Origin: Amoeboradix gromovi X-113
Lineage: Eukaryota > Fungi > Sanchytriomycota
Assembly (NCBI GenBank): GCA_018985225.1
Contig: JADGIF010000055.1
Span: 1-25,931 of the forward strand
DNA length: 25,931 nucleotides
Direction of reading: 5' to 3'
The notes under the pieces: model-generated
What the model was told of the DNA's origin: nothing
Database searches by the model: none
The model's input: only the letters and a program-made list of their open reading frames with translations
Shown here: positions 11,018-20,604 of the stretch, in pieces
Numbering within the stretch: the first letter of the stretch is position 1
How the letters are laid out: each line of letters begins with the position of its first letter
Translations under genes and position numbers: made by a program

Positions 11018-11462
11018 TGAGGCTTTCAATTCTGAACTTTCAACAAATTTAAGATAGACTCACGCATACTCTGTGAGGGATGAGCTTGCGCGGTTCAATC
11101 GTTTTTCATAATCCTATTGACAGCAAGAATGTAATGTTTACACAGCTCAGAGGTCTTATTCTTGCAATGTGAAGCATTAGTAAATTTATTATTCTCAATC
11201 TTGCAAAACTATTGCTGTAAGTCTTAGCCAAGTTTTATGTTCGATGTCTTACATTTCAAGGAATTCATATACACCATTCAACAATTGATTTTTTTTGATT
11301 TAGCCTAGTATTATATTTGAGGTCTCATTTGGCAATTACCATATGAATAGCCACGTTAGTGTTATGCGGAAGTAGGATTCAAAAAACCAATAGATGATAT
11401 TTGTGCTACGATTTAGACGTAATCAAGTAACAAAATGTGATGACCCAGTCTAAAACACTTCG

Positions 11463-11948
11463 ATGGACAAATTGAAAGATAAACTTCAGTCATTAAGAAT
11501 TGAAGCAGACCAAAACAACGAACGAGCATTAAAGGCTGAGCAGCAATTAAGACAGACTCAAGATCAACTGAGAGAAAACGAACAGCAACTGATTGCTGCT
11601 ACAAACAAACAGAAACTTTTGGAACAGGAAGTTTCTAGAGTAGAGGGAAGATTGCAGGACTCTCAAGGAAAAGCATCCCAGCAGGCTAATAATGATCAAG
11701 AGATTGACAACTTAAAGAGAAAGATCAGACTATTGGAGCAGGAAAATAGTCAAAAAGACAGCCAATTACAAAATGTGACTAGTAAGTTGAGAGAGGTTGA
11801 AAACAAGGCGGAAGAATTTGAAAGAAAATCCTTATCTTTGGAAGCTTTCAAGTTGGATTTGGAAAAGAAGAATACGGATTTAGAATCAAAATACTTGCAA
11901 ATCAAAAAGGACTTGGACCATACGTTGGCAACTATTGAAGATTTATGA
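11463..11948 (+). CDS. Tropomyosin, short fungal type (161 aa)
   Basis: MDKLKDKLQSLRIEAD N-terminus, continuous coiled coil, NLKRKIRLLEQE and KAEEFERK motifs, C-terminal TIEDL. Same length as S. pombe Cdc8 and S. cerevisiae Tpm2. Confidence 0.92.
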   Translation: MDKLKDKLQSLRIEADQNNERALKAEQQLRQTQDQLRENEQQLIAATNKQKLLEQEVSRVEGRLQDSQGKASQQANNDQEIDNLKRKIRLLEQENSQKDSQLQNVTSKLREVENKAEEFERKSLSLEAFKLDLEKKNTDLESKYLQIKKDLDHTLATIEDL

Positions 11949-12052
11949 TTTTATTAATAAAGAATATTTTAAAATCTTCTTGACTTCTGGCCTGGTGCTT
12001 TCAATTTGACATCGCTATTCTATCAACGCACGTCTTCTAGGCCAAAACGAAA

Positions 12053-12658
12053 ATGGATAAATTGAAAGAGAGATTGAATGTCTTAAAGTTATCCGAAGAG
12101 CAAGCGACTGAACGCGCTGCTAAACTAGAGGGTCAATTGAAACTAGCTCAGGACCAATTGCGCGAACGGGAACAAGAGTTGATCAGCTCTCAAAACCGAG
12201 TCAAGTTGATTGAACAAGATTTGACTCGCGCAGAGTCTAGATTACAGGACTCGAACAAACAAAGTGCTGTTGACCAATTGCGTGAAAAGGAAAATCAGTT
12301 TAACCAAGCTCAAAACAGAATCAAAATGTTGGAATTGGAAAACTCGAAATTGGAATCTCGACTAGTTGACGCGCAAGGAAAAGCTTCTCAACAGGCTACT
12401 CATGATCAGGAGACTGATAACTTGAAGCGTAAGATCAAGTTGTTAGAGCAAGAAACTACTCAGAAAGAGAGCCAATTAAATGCCATTAACTTAAAGTTGC
12501 GTGATTCTCAAACTAAAACCGAAGAATTTGAAAGAAAATCCTTATCTTTGGAAGCTTTCAAGTTGGATTTGGAAAAGAAGTATACCGATTTAGAATCCAA
12601 ATATTTACAAACCAAGACAGATTTGGAGCATACATTGGCTACCCTCGAAGACTTGTAA
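12053..12658 (+). CDS. Tropomyosin, long paralog (201 aa) with a 40-aa internal duplication
   Basis: Tandem paralog of 11463..11948. DQLRE...QNR.K..E occurs twice, with GACCAATTGCG at 12152 and 12272 (period 120 nt). Confidence 0.9.
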   Translation: MDKLKERLNVLKLSEEQATERAAKLEGQLKLAQDQLREREQELISSQNRVKLIEQDLTRAESRLQDSNKQSAVDQLREKENQFNQAQNRIKMLELENSKLESRLVDAQGKASQQATHDQETDNLKRKIKLLEQETTQKESQLNAINLKLRDSQTKTEEFERKSLSLEAFKLDLEKKYTDLESKYLQTKTDLEHTLATLEDL

Positions 12659-12689
12659 TAAATGTAATTGCACTGATCTGAATGATTTA

Positions 12690-15604
12690 TTATGACATTC
12701 TTGTTATCTCTACATCGTCTTCCCCTCCAAATTCCTTCAATGTAATCAAGAAATCATTCACATGTTGTTTAAAATGAACATCGTCACCACTCCAAGTAAA
12801 TAATCCTTTTACAAATACCTGTATTGAATTAGGTGTTCTGTGAGGATAGGCATTAGCTAATGTAGTACTTAACCAGTCAAACAAGTATTGGTGATTGCTA
12901 ATTCCTGCGTCTCCATTATGAATCATAACTTTGATCTGATTGCTATTTATTAATAAAAACATGGTCCTTAATACGTTGCACTGCTCAGTAAATCCTAAAT
13001 TAGCGTTTATATACCTGCTTTATGATCTGCATCAGTCAAAACATAAAATATGTCCTGCAGCAGTCCTAGGAAGAACTGCTGATAGAATGCTGTGCTGGAA
13101 TCGCTCTCAGTAGCTGCTATCTTTTGTAGCAATATCATGCATATCTCTAGGCCGAGCTCCATGACGTCTGTTTGAGTGTGTTTAAATCCCCACGCGATGC
13201 TATCAAGAAGTAATTTAAACTGCTCTGGGTTTAATTTGTAAATAGCTTGAAAACAATGTTGCACTGTTGATTTCAATACGATGTAAAATCCTATACGATG
13301 TTCAGGAAACTCGCTAAAATCTGTATTAATCATATTTAACGTATTACTGAATAAATAATCAAATATATCGAATATATAGTCTATCATCTGTCCTTGTACA
13401 CTATCAATCAACCCACTAAATAGCACTAGTAGCTCTGCTTCTTTGAGCGTTGGAGGCAAGGACTTCTCGATTGTAATAAAAGGTCCAAAGACTGTGGGTG
13501 CTATGGTGTGGCATATAAATGGCTTTTGAGTGTCCCCACTAGATCTGCAAAATGTTGAGAATAGTTTTAGCGTTTCTTTTTTTACAGATCTCCAATACTT
13601 AACAATTGCAGCTGCAGGACCTATTTGGGGGTTTGAAGAACAATAATTGGTAATTAACGTACTGCAAAGCTCGTACATCTTAATCAAATCACCCATTAAC
13701 AAATTAATTTGAACATGAAATGCATCTTTAATAGTGCTGCACGCACTTTTATTTATTTGCAGGATATGCGATGTCAATTTTACAGTTTCCATTTGTTCAA
13801 ATTGCTGTATATTTAACTTCAGCTGCTCTAGCACGTTCTGGAAAGCGGTGTTGGGATTGTTCATCAGTTCTTGGCAGTATCGCTCTTGCAAATTGGGATT
13901 AGCACAGTTTATGATCAGTCCAATACCTTGATATACACTACATATCTGCTGCGTATTCAAATCGCTGATTATGACAGACACATTAGTTAGAACAGCTTCA
14001 ATAAACGGGATGGGGTCCTCGCTTCTGGATTGTACTAATTCCAGTTTACACTGCGACTCACATATAGTTATAAATGTGTCGCATGCCATATCTTGTACCC
14101 CTTGATGAGATTCGTGCATAAACTCAAACAACTTGTTGATTACAGTTTTGAGAAACTTATAATGCTTTCTAAGAAATTGTGGGTATTGACCACATACATA
14201 CATAATATTAGCAGCTATAACAGCCTTTGTATCTTTTCCTCTCTTGGATTCAACTAAGGTCAACAATTCTCTAATAACATGAACCAAATATCTTTTTTCC
14301 GCTTCCTCATCCATGCTACCACTTATGGTTCCCACTGCCCAGCACAACTGATTTAACTCATCCCTGTTAAAGTGATTAACATGGCAGATCATATCCAGTT
14401 TAGCGGTAAATATTGTCTCGGTGTCCTGTGGATCCAACTGACAGAGGTTCTTTAATAAATTCTTCATCGATGCGTACAATTGAAGAGACTCGGTGTCTTT
14501 AACCTCCTCCCTAACTACTTCGTTCTCATCATTTGTTACTAACAAGACTTCTTTAGGTCTAACCATTTTTGATATTGCCAAATGGCGTGCCTCAGTCAAT
14601 ATTGGGGAATACAGAGCAATTCTATGTGGTTCGACTGGACTACCAATTAAAGAGTGGGTTATAAAAAGCCATCCCTCTAAACAAACTTTAAACGTTTCTA
14701 CATCGTCAATTTTAGAAATTTGAAAATAAATTTGAATTGCGTGATTAAACTGATTGGATTGCTCGATAAAAGGCAGTGATTTCACGATGGCGCTAGTAAT
14801 GAACAGCGAAATAGATTGGGCAAGTGTTTCATCTGCAATATTTGACTGAATCTGAATAATCAACATTTCAAATAGTTTAGAATTTTCAACCGATTTATCA
14901 GGAATGTTCATTATTTCATTGCAACATCTGATAACATCCAAAGGATATTGCTTAAGAAATTTTAGCAAAAGATCAATAAGGTCTGTTTCGTAAATAAAGC
15001 CGACTGGAATCCAGACCAAAAAACGTAAAATACACTGCAAAGTCGATTGAACCAAAGACGGTGAGGGTTCTTTCTGTAAAACCTGATGGCAGAGGTAGAA
15101 TATGTCAGTGAACTCTTTGTTGAACTGTTCCTTTGACTTTTGTTGCTTTTGGGTAGTCATGGAGCTAAATTCAAAGATCTCTTCACTAAGAAGTTTGAGA
15201 AACTTGAGATGATTTTCACATAATAAAACAGATGATTTAGCACTAGTTATCAGATCATTAATAAAAGACGGCATCCATTCATGCTTCAGAATTGCAATCA
15301 TCGTAAGATGCAACTTGCTTAAAACAGGGAAGGAATGCTGATTTACCATTAAATTCATTAAAAAAGATTTCAAACCTTGTTGCTGATCCTGCGGAATCAC
15401 TTTATAATGAGATTTAATAAAATTTGAGAGAACATTAAGCGCGATAACTTTCGACTGATCCTGCTTGCACGTACCTAAAATTACATCACAATTAGTCCAT
15501 GAGTTGGGGTCATTCTGAAATTGTTCCAACTCTCGCATTGCAGCGGAATCACCAATCGTAGCCTGCTGTACCAAGGCATCAAATTTATCAACATCAAGAG
15601 TCAT
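12690..15604 (-). CDS. CRM1: Exportin-1 (CRM1/XPO1), 2 exons (15604-13015, 12994-12690), about 964 aa
   Basis: LKLLSEEIFEFS, acidic loop MVRPKEVLLVTNDENEVVRE, KRGKDTKAVIAANIMYVCGQYPQFL, KLFEFMHESHQGVQDMACDTF, EFPEHR. The splice gives DADHKA-G-FTEQC; the gene ends DFLITLKEFGGEDDVEITRMS. Confidence 0.97.
12995..13014 (-). other. 20-nt spliceosomal intron GTATATAAACGCTAATTTAG
   Basis: Removal restores the conserved CRM1 motif D.DHK.GF and joins the C-terminal ORF. Confidence 0.92.
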
Positions 15605-15757
15605 GTATCAACGGGGAAGTTCTGGAAATTTGTAAAAATCCAGATGAGTTGTATCAACAACGCAAGACAGTTGATTAATTGTTGTTACTCTACAGAGCTT
15701 CTGTATCAAAACTTTTGGTTAAAGCAATTATAATTCTGAAATCTCCTTTTTTATTGG

Positions 15758-17299
15758 ATGACCTCGACGTTGAGAGAAATCATCGACTCCAATGACTCTG
15801 AAATGCTTGAGAAATATCTACAAAAACATCCGGATCAGATCAATATGTGCGTGGCTTCATCTAAGTCATATCCTGCCCATTTGGTTGTAAAAAAGAAATC
15901 AGTAGACATGGTTAAAGTCCTAATTAAGCTTGGCGCTCAATGGGATTTAGAAGAATTGAAACTACCAAATCATATCCCACTATTCTATTGCATAGAGTTA
16001 GATTCTTACGAAATATTATTTGAGATAGCTGCAAATCACAAGAAGCTGCTGAACTGCGTGGACAGTGAAGGATTCACAGTTATCCATCAGATGGTAATAA
16101 AGGGAAGATCCGATCGGCTAGAAGAGCTAGCGCTCAGATATAACAACTTACCATTATTTGCAAAACTATTAAATCAGGCCGATTACGACAATGTTAACCC
16201 ACTTATACTTTCTACCATGTATGGCCATTCAAGTTTTGCAAATGCTATTTTAAAAATTGGCAAAGGCCTGGTAAGCGTTAATGAGCAAATCAGTAACACT
16301 GTTAAAATTAAGTCAACATCATATCCCAAAGGTTTCACGGCCCTACATATTGCTGCAGCCATTGGCGATCTAGACTTGGTGTCTCTTCTTATTCGCTACA
16401 ATGCTGTGGAAATTGAAAATGTTCCAATGTGTTTGGGTAAACCTTCCTCGGTTATTGGAATCTTGAAAACCACTAATTTAAGACAGGAAAAGAATATAAG
16501 AAGAGCTCTTAAGAATAAGGGACTGATAAATAGCATCCCGGCTAACTCAACGAGCGACTTCGGAAAAGTTGTTATCCTACCTGAAACAGAAACAAAAGTC
16601 GGCACTCTGCAAAAAAGAAGCAGGTCTAAATCCCCCACAACTCCACCATTTAAAAGAAAACTGCTTGAAAAAGTGAAGGGTAAAGTAGCGGTTGGAAAAA
16701 AGCTATTGCCAGTTACCTTGAGACCCAGCGCCACTGACAGGGTAATAAATACTCTCCAAACATTACCGAATAACATGAATGACGATGACCTTCAGGATTT
16801 AATATTCAGCGGGCCTGTAAATAAAACTGCTAGAAATACAAGACCTCTGCTGTTTAAGATAGAAAACTCGAAACCCGTAACAAATTCCATTGTTGCTGGT
16901 AAGCTTTTTACGCAGTTAAAGATTCATTTGAGCAGAATGAGTAATGTTAAAATAACTGATGGATTTGAGAAGTTCACAGCTTTAGTTCTGATAATTCGTA
17001 GCTTATTAACAGAATCGAAAGAGACTGCTGTTCAAAATATATGGATACTGCACACAGATGATGCCAAAAAGTACCAAGTAAAACGAAAAGAAAACACGAT
17101 TGTGGTCAAAACGAATATAAAAGTAGATGAAGATGACCATTTGAATGGATCAAAGGAAATTGGATTCATATGTCCACTTTCAGCACTGTTTGTTTTGTCA
17201 TCATTAATGAAAGATAAATTAATTGATAGCTTTAGGGATATGCTTTCGCGACTATTTGAAGATCAACTGCGAACAAGTAATGACTATAAAATGTTCTAG
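15758..17299 (+). CDS. Ankyrin-repeat protein (513 aa)
   Basis: GFTALHIAAAIGDLDLVSLLIRYNA, VDSEGFTVIHQ, DYDNVNPLILSTMYGH. The C-terminal half is unrecognised. Confidence 0.88.
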   Translation: MTSTLREIIDSNDSEMLEKYLQKHPDQINMCVASSKSYPAHLVVKKKSVDMVKVLIKLGAQWDLEELKLPNHIPLFYCIELDSYEILFEIAANHKKLLNCVDSEGFTVIHQMVIKGRSDRLEELALRYNNLPLFAKLLNQADYDNVNPLILSTMYGHSSFANAILKIGKGLVSVNEQISNTVKIKSTSYPKGFTALHIAAAIGDLDLVSLLIRYNAVEIENVPMCLGKPSSVIGILKTTNLRQEKNIRRALKNKGLINSIPANSTSDFGKVVILPETETKVGTLQKRSRSKSPTTPPFKRKLLEKVKGKVAVGKKLLPVTLRPSATDRVINTLQTLPNNMNDDDLQDLIFSGPVNKTARNTRPLLFKIENSKPVTNSIVAGKLFTQLKIHLSRMSNVKITDGFEKFTALVLIIRSLLTESKETAVQNIWILHTDDAKKYQVKRKENTIVVKTNIKVDEDDHLNGSKEIGFICPLSALFVLSSLMKDKLIDSFRDMLSRLFEDQLRTSNDYKMF

Positions 17300-17374
17300 C
17301 ATGTTAATAAATACCATCACCAGTAATAAGAACAACTTTTTTAAACCAAGGGATATTTCTCAAACAAGTTTTTT

Positions 17375-19592
17375 ATGGCCAAGGTCGATTTCATGATTTC
17401 TGTGTTATTTCTAATATTAGCAATAACTACTCGATTTTATCAAGTCCAAGTACCATCCGAGGTTGTTTTTGATGAGGTGCATTTTGGTAAATTTGCGTCC
17501 TACTACATCAGGAAAACATATTATTTTGATGTTCATCCGCCACTTGGCCGATTGCTATTGGCTCTTGTGAGTTACTCTTTTGGATACAAGGGCCATTTTA
17601 ATTTCACCAAAATAGGCGAATCATATATTGATAATAATGTACCATATTTAGTGTTTCGTGGATGGACTGCATTTTGCGGTAGTTTACTAGTTATTTTTGT
17701 ATACAAAATGCTGAGAAAGATGGGGTACACTATTGGTGCTGTTGCAGCCACTATGGCTGTTGTTTTTGACAACGCTCTGGTTACGCAGTCAAGATTTATT
17801 TTGCTAGACTCGATGCTTATGCTATTTGTCACGTTTACTGTATATTCCTGGGTATCTTTTTACAAGTTGAGAAATCAGCCTTTTACCTTTCTATGGTATA
17901 AATGGCTTACACTTGTTGGTGTAGGCCTAGGTTGCACTATGGGTGTTAAAATGGTTGGCTTATTTACTGTAGCTACTATTGGTATTGCTACTATGCGCGA
18001 TTTATGGGATCTTTTAGATTCTCAACGAAAACTAACATTTAACTCATGGGTAAATCATTTACTAGTTCGAATAGTGTGTTTAATCGTTATTCCTTGTTGC
18101 TTATATCTCTCATGGTTTTACATTCATTTTCTTGTGTTAACTAAATCTGGTCCTGGTGATAATTTCATGACTCCACGATTTCAAATGACTTTGGAGGGCT
18201 CTAAAATGAGCGGCGAAGCAGCCACTGTTTATTATGGCGGTTTAATAACAATTAAAAACACTAACAACAACTGTTTTCTTCATTCACATCTGCACAACTA
18301 CCCCCTTAAGTATCAGGATGGACGGATATCTTCACAAGGACAACAAATAACCTGCTACGGTCATTCTGATGTAAACAACGAGTGGATTATTCTGCCGCGT
18401 AAGGATGGCTTAGTAAACATTGATGACCTTAGAAATGTAACAACTCTAGCTCCAATTCCAGTAGCACAGAACGATTTAATCATCCTATACCATTCGAAAA
18501 CCAATTGCTACCTGATGACTCATGATGTAGCTTCTCCATTAACTCCTACCAACACTGAGTTCACTTGCACTCGCGATGTTACAAAATATCCAGAAATGCT
18601 GTTTCAATTGAACTTGGATAAAGCAGATAAATTGAAGACTATAGGAGTCGAATTCAACATGGTTCACAATGACACGAAAGTTAACTTGTTCGTCAATAAG
18701 CAAAAGCTGCCGGAATGGGGATTCAGTCAATTGGAAGTCAATGGTAATAAGAAGAGTACAGATTCATGGTTAGTTGCTACTGCGAACCATTCCTTTGCAG
18801 TGCCAACGGAAATTACCACTAATTTGGATACTCCAGGATTCTTTGAAAAGTTTTTAGAACTTCAATCGAGAATGATAACCAGCAATTCAAGATTAACTAA
18901 ATCTCATCCGTATCAAAGTGAACCGTGGGAATGGTTTATATTACATAGAGGAGTTAGTTTTTGGCAGTCCAAGACTTCTAAGCAACAGGTCTATTTAATT
19001 GGAAACTTCATTGTATGGTGGACTGCTAGCGCTATGTGCATACTCTACTTAATTATCTTTGCTTTACATTTACTTGCTCAGAAAAGAAGGGTGCATCTGT
19101 TTAATTCATGTAATCAATTTTAATTTAGACATAAACCACAGACTTGAGTACTCTATCTCATTTTTGTTGTTGGCATATCTATTGCACTACATTCCGTTTA
19201 TGCTGATGGGCAGATCTAAGTTTCTGCATCATTACATGCCAGCATTGATACTTAAATATTGCCTGTATGGTTGTTTGTTCGAATTGGTTTTATCATTTTT
19301 GATTATTCCTGGTCAATTGCTTAGCTGGCAGCATTTCAGACGGCTACCTCTGCTAAATGATCATAGAAGTGGATTTGCAGTGCTCTGGATGACTAAAACG
19401 CCTACAGTTTACATCAGTAGACCTAAAACACAGCAAGCTATTTTGACAATCGCGGCATTGGTGATGGTTATTGTGACTGTTTCATGTTATTTGTATATGA
19501 GTCCAATGACATATGCGTTTGAATTGACTCCAGAACAGATTAAACAAAGAAAGATATTAAGTACATGGGATTTTCAGTATAGCGCAAAGTAA
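17375..19592 (+). CDS. PMT4: Dolichyl-phosphate-mannose protein O-mannosyltransferase, PMT4 subfamily, 2 exons (17375-19109, 19129-19592), about 732 aa
   Basis: VVFDEVHFGKFASYY, FDVHPPLGRLL, QSRFILLD, MIR domains with YPLKYQDGRISSQGQQITCY (PMT4-type), HPYQSEP. Exon 2 carries LHYIPF..MGR..FLHHYMPA. Confidence 0.93.
19110..19128 (+). other. 19-nt spliceosomal intron GTAATCAATTTTAATTTAG
   Basis: Removal (FNS-Y-INHRLEY) joins the conserved C-terminal transmembrane block of PMT in frame. Confidence 0.9.
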
Positions 19593-19724
19593 GCTAAGTA
19601 AATAATATAAGAGGAACTCAAGACTAAAGTTTTCTTCAAGTGCAAGTAAAATCACATTGGACCCATTATAAAAGTTTATTTTTTGGTCCAAAAACGCTCC
19701 AGCTCGATTGTTTTCTTGAATATA

Positions 19725-20143
19725 TCATTTATCGCGAATTTGTATGCATATTTGTATAATTTCAAGACTTTTCCAGATTTTCTAATACCTTAAACACTCG
19801 ATATTCTTCCTTTTCACAAGTGGTAAATCAATTCTAAAGAAATAACTAGCAGGCAGAGCATACATTCGTCTCAGACTGATAAGCTGGTGCAAGCATGGAA
19901 ATTCGATGCCATGTACAATATGTGGCACTCTAAAGAAAACTAATTTAGAAACCTGAACCTGCACAAATTGTCATTTGAAGATAGAGATCATATGGCAGCA
20001 AGGAACATATACATCAAGTATATGCATCCTTATTCAATCCCGCCTCAGGGTAGTGAAAGCGTGAGCAATCACTGTAACGGAGATCTAGCATTGCTAGTTT
20101 CTCTGTGGAAATTCTCGATTTTCTCGGAAATCAGGACTTTTAA
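19725..20143 (+). mobile_element. Decayed Fanzor2/TnpB-like element, copy 1 (C-terminal Zn finger + RuvC-III remnant + 3' non-coding end); left limit approximate
   Basis: Reads SMPCTICGTLKKTNLET*TCTNCHLK[frameshift]DRDHMAARNIYIKY, i.e. CxxC..CxxC followed by DRDxxAARNI. Homologous to 23525-23995. Confidence 0.85.
20030..20143 (+). ncRNA. Candidate omegaRNA scaffold of the Fanzor2-like element
   Basis: Directly 3' of RuvC-III. Hairpins: GTGA-GCAA-TCAC (20061-20072, GNRA loop), ACGGAGA.CTAGC-ATT-GCTAG..TCTCTGT (20077-20106) and GATTTT-CTCG-GAAATC (20117-20132). Sequence is conserved in copy 2. Expression unknown. Confidence 0.55.
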
Positions 20144-20172
20144 CGAGGAGACTATTTATAGTGATTACAAGT

Positions 20173-20578
20173 GGGACACCCGATATAAAAACTAGACCAA
20201 GTCGTCTTAAAGGAGGTGCTCCATAAGGAGGAAATACTCTTATCAATTAAAGTTCTTTCAAACCATTCTTTTTCATTAATGACATTCCCCTCTTTAAAAT
20301 AAAACAAGATGACCCGCTGTCTCTTTCAAATATACGAGGTCATTGAGTGTCCTATCTGTTCCATTTTCTTTTTCTTCCTACCACCTTTCATTTAAATTAT
20401 TTTTTGTTTTCTCTTCTTATTAATCATTGTTTCTAAGATATTGATGGATGAAAAGCTTTATATTAGAACAACTTACTTGGATCAATCAGATTAATTTAAT
20501 TTACTATCGGTTAATACACTTGAAATAATGATTCAAACTATTTCAGAAAGTTAGTCTAGTTTTTACATTTAACGTAGG
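20173..20578. mobile_element. Degenerate TIR-bounded element (MITE-like or decayed DNA transposon)
   Basis: 20183-20200 ATATAAAAACTAGACCAA is 16/18 identical to the reverse complement of 20551-20568. Related copies lie at 45-72 and 25764-25791. No clear TSD. Confidence 0.55.
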
Positions 20579-20604
20579 CGTACATATGATATTAAGAATT
20601 TATT

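Noticed and set aside
12678-12696. Possible 19-nt intron (GTCATAATAAATCATTCAG, minus strand) extending the CRM1 C-terminus
   Set aside because: The donor GTCA and the 3' end deviate from consensus. The extension would run antisense into tropomyosin and does not resemble the CRM1 tail.
19968-20195. 75-aa ORF as an independent gene
   Set aside because: TTG start. It is the frameshifted tail of the Fanzor2-like remnant reading through the candidate omegaRNA.
20209-20232. AAGGAGG twice (Shine-Dalgarno-like)
   Set aside because: Eukaryotic context with no downstream ORF; it lies inside a decayed repeat.
20152-20300. Minus-strand open stretch ending in GCPTCNHYK, suggesting a transposase Zn ribbon
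   Set aside because: The CPTC codons coincide with the TIR-like repeat itself and there is no other transposase motif.
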